A stretch of DNA of 34,144 nucleotides from contig CAIRLQ010000266.1 of assembly GCA_903879465.1 (NCBI GenBank), forward strand, positions 1-34,144, read 5' to 3'. The DNA comes from an uncultured Opitutia bacterium. Its GTDB lineage: Bacteria > Verrucomicrobiota > Verrucomicrobiia > Opitutales > UBA953. Below the pieces are notes generated by a model. That model was not told the DNA's origin. It saw only the letters and a list, made by a program, of their open reading frames with translations, and did no database searches. Positions 34,144 to 34,144 of this stretch are shown in pieces; the stretch's first letter is position 1; each line of letters opens with the position of its first letter. The position numbers were made by a program, and so were the translations under genes.

Positions 34144-34144
34144 A

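Noticed and set aside
1-34144. Scan for CRISPR arrays, IS elements/transposases, prophage genes, tandem repeats and known defence-system genes
   Set aside because: I found none by eye. Intergenic space is minimal, and every ORF above about 120 aa that looks real is either a recognisable housekeeping family or a simple membrane or secreted hypothetical.

Overview
GC-rich (about 60% by eye) bacterial chromosomal segment. It is densely packed, with about 35 genes and many 4-nt ATGA/GTGA stop-start overlaps, and is almost entirely core housekeeping. Content: purine synthesis (5'-truncated purF, purN, purK, purE), prmA, a DUF1343/NamZ-like lipoprotein, a CapD/PglF-like sugar dehydratase, and a membrane-anchored coiled-coil protein with an FGE/SUMF1-like domain. 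Next come a tyrA / aroA-cmk fusion / plsC operon, dnaN, pssA, a low-molecular-weight tyrosine phosphatase, a DUF5069 protein and a HemX/CcsA-like protein with hemA. Regulators are a sigma54-type response regulator coupled to a PstS-like binding protein, plus a PhoR/PhoB-like two-component pair. The rest is tRNA-Gly(GCC), mnmE-mnmG, lysA, a Cys/Met-family PLP enzyme, two secreted hypotheticals, a MIP channel and the 5' end of an FtsX/DevC-like ABC permease. The protein repertoire suggests a PVC/Verrucomicrobia-like organism, which is inference only. I recognised no mobile elements, CRISPR arrays, integrases or defence genes, and I cannot point to a convincing new multi-gene system. The best leads are small-scale. 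(1) An exact 16-bp palindrome TGTTCCACGTGGAACA occurs twice, just 3' of mnmG and inside mnmG. (2) A DnaA-box-like cluster with an AT-rich tract lies upstream of a dnaN that has no adjacent dnaA, in a window that also holds mnmE-mnmG (a candidate oriC). (3) A RelE/ParE-like toxin gene with no antitoxin is embedded in a housekeeping operon directly upstream of pssA. (4) The MIP channel lacks the near-invariant Arg after its second NPA. (5) Pho-box-like 11-bp-phased direct repeats lie upstream of the PhoB-like regulator. All functional calls rest on motif recognition by eye; no database search was run.
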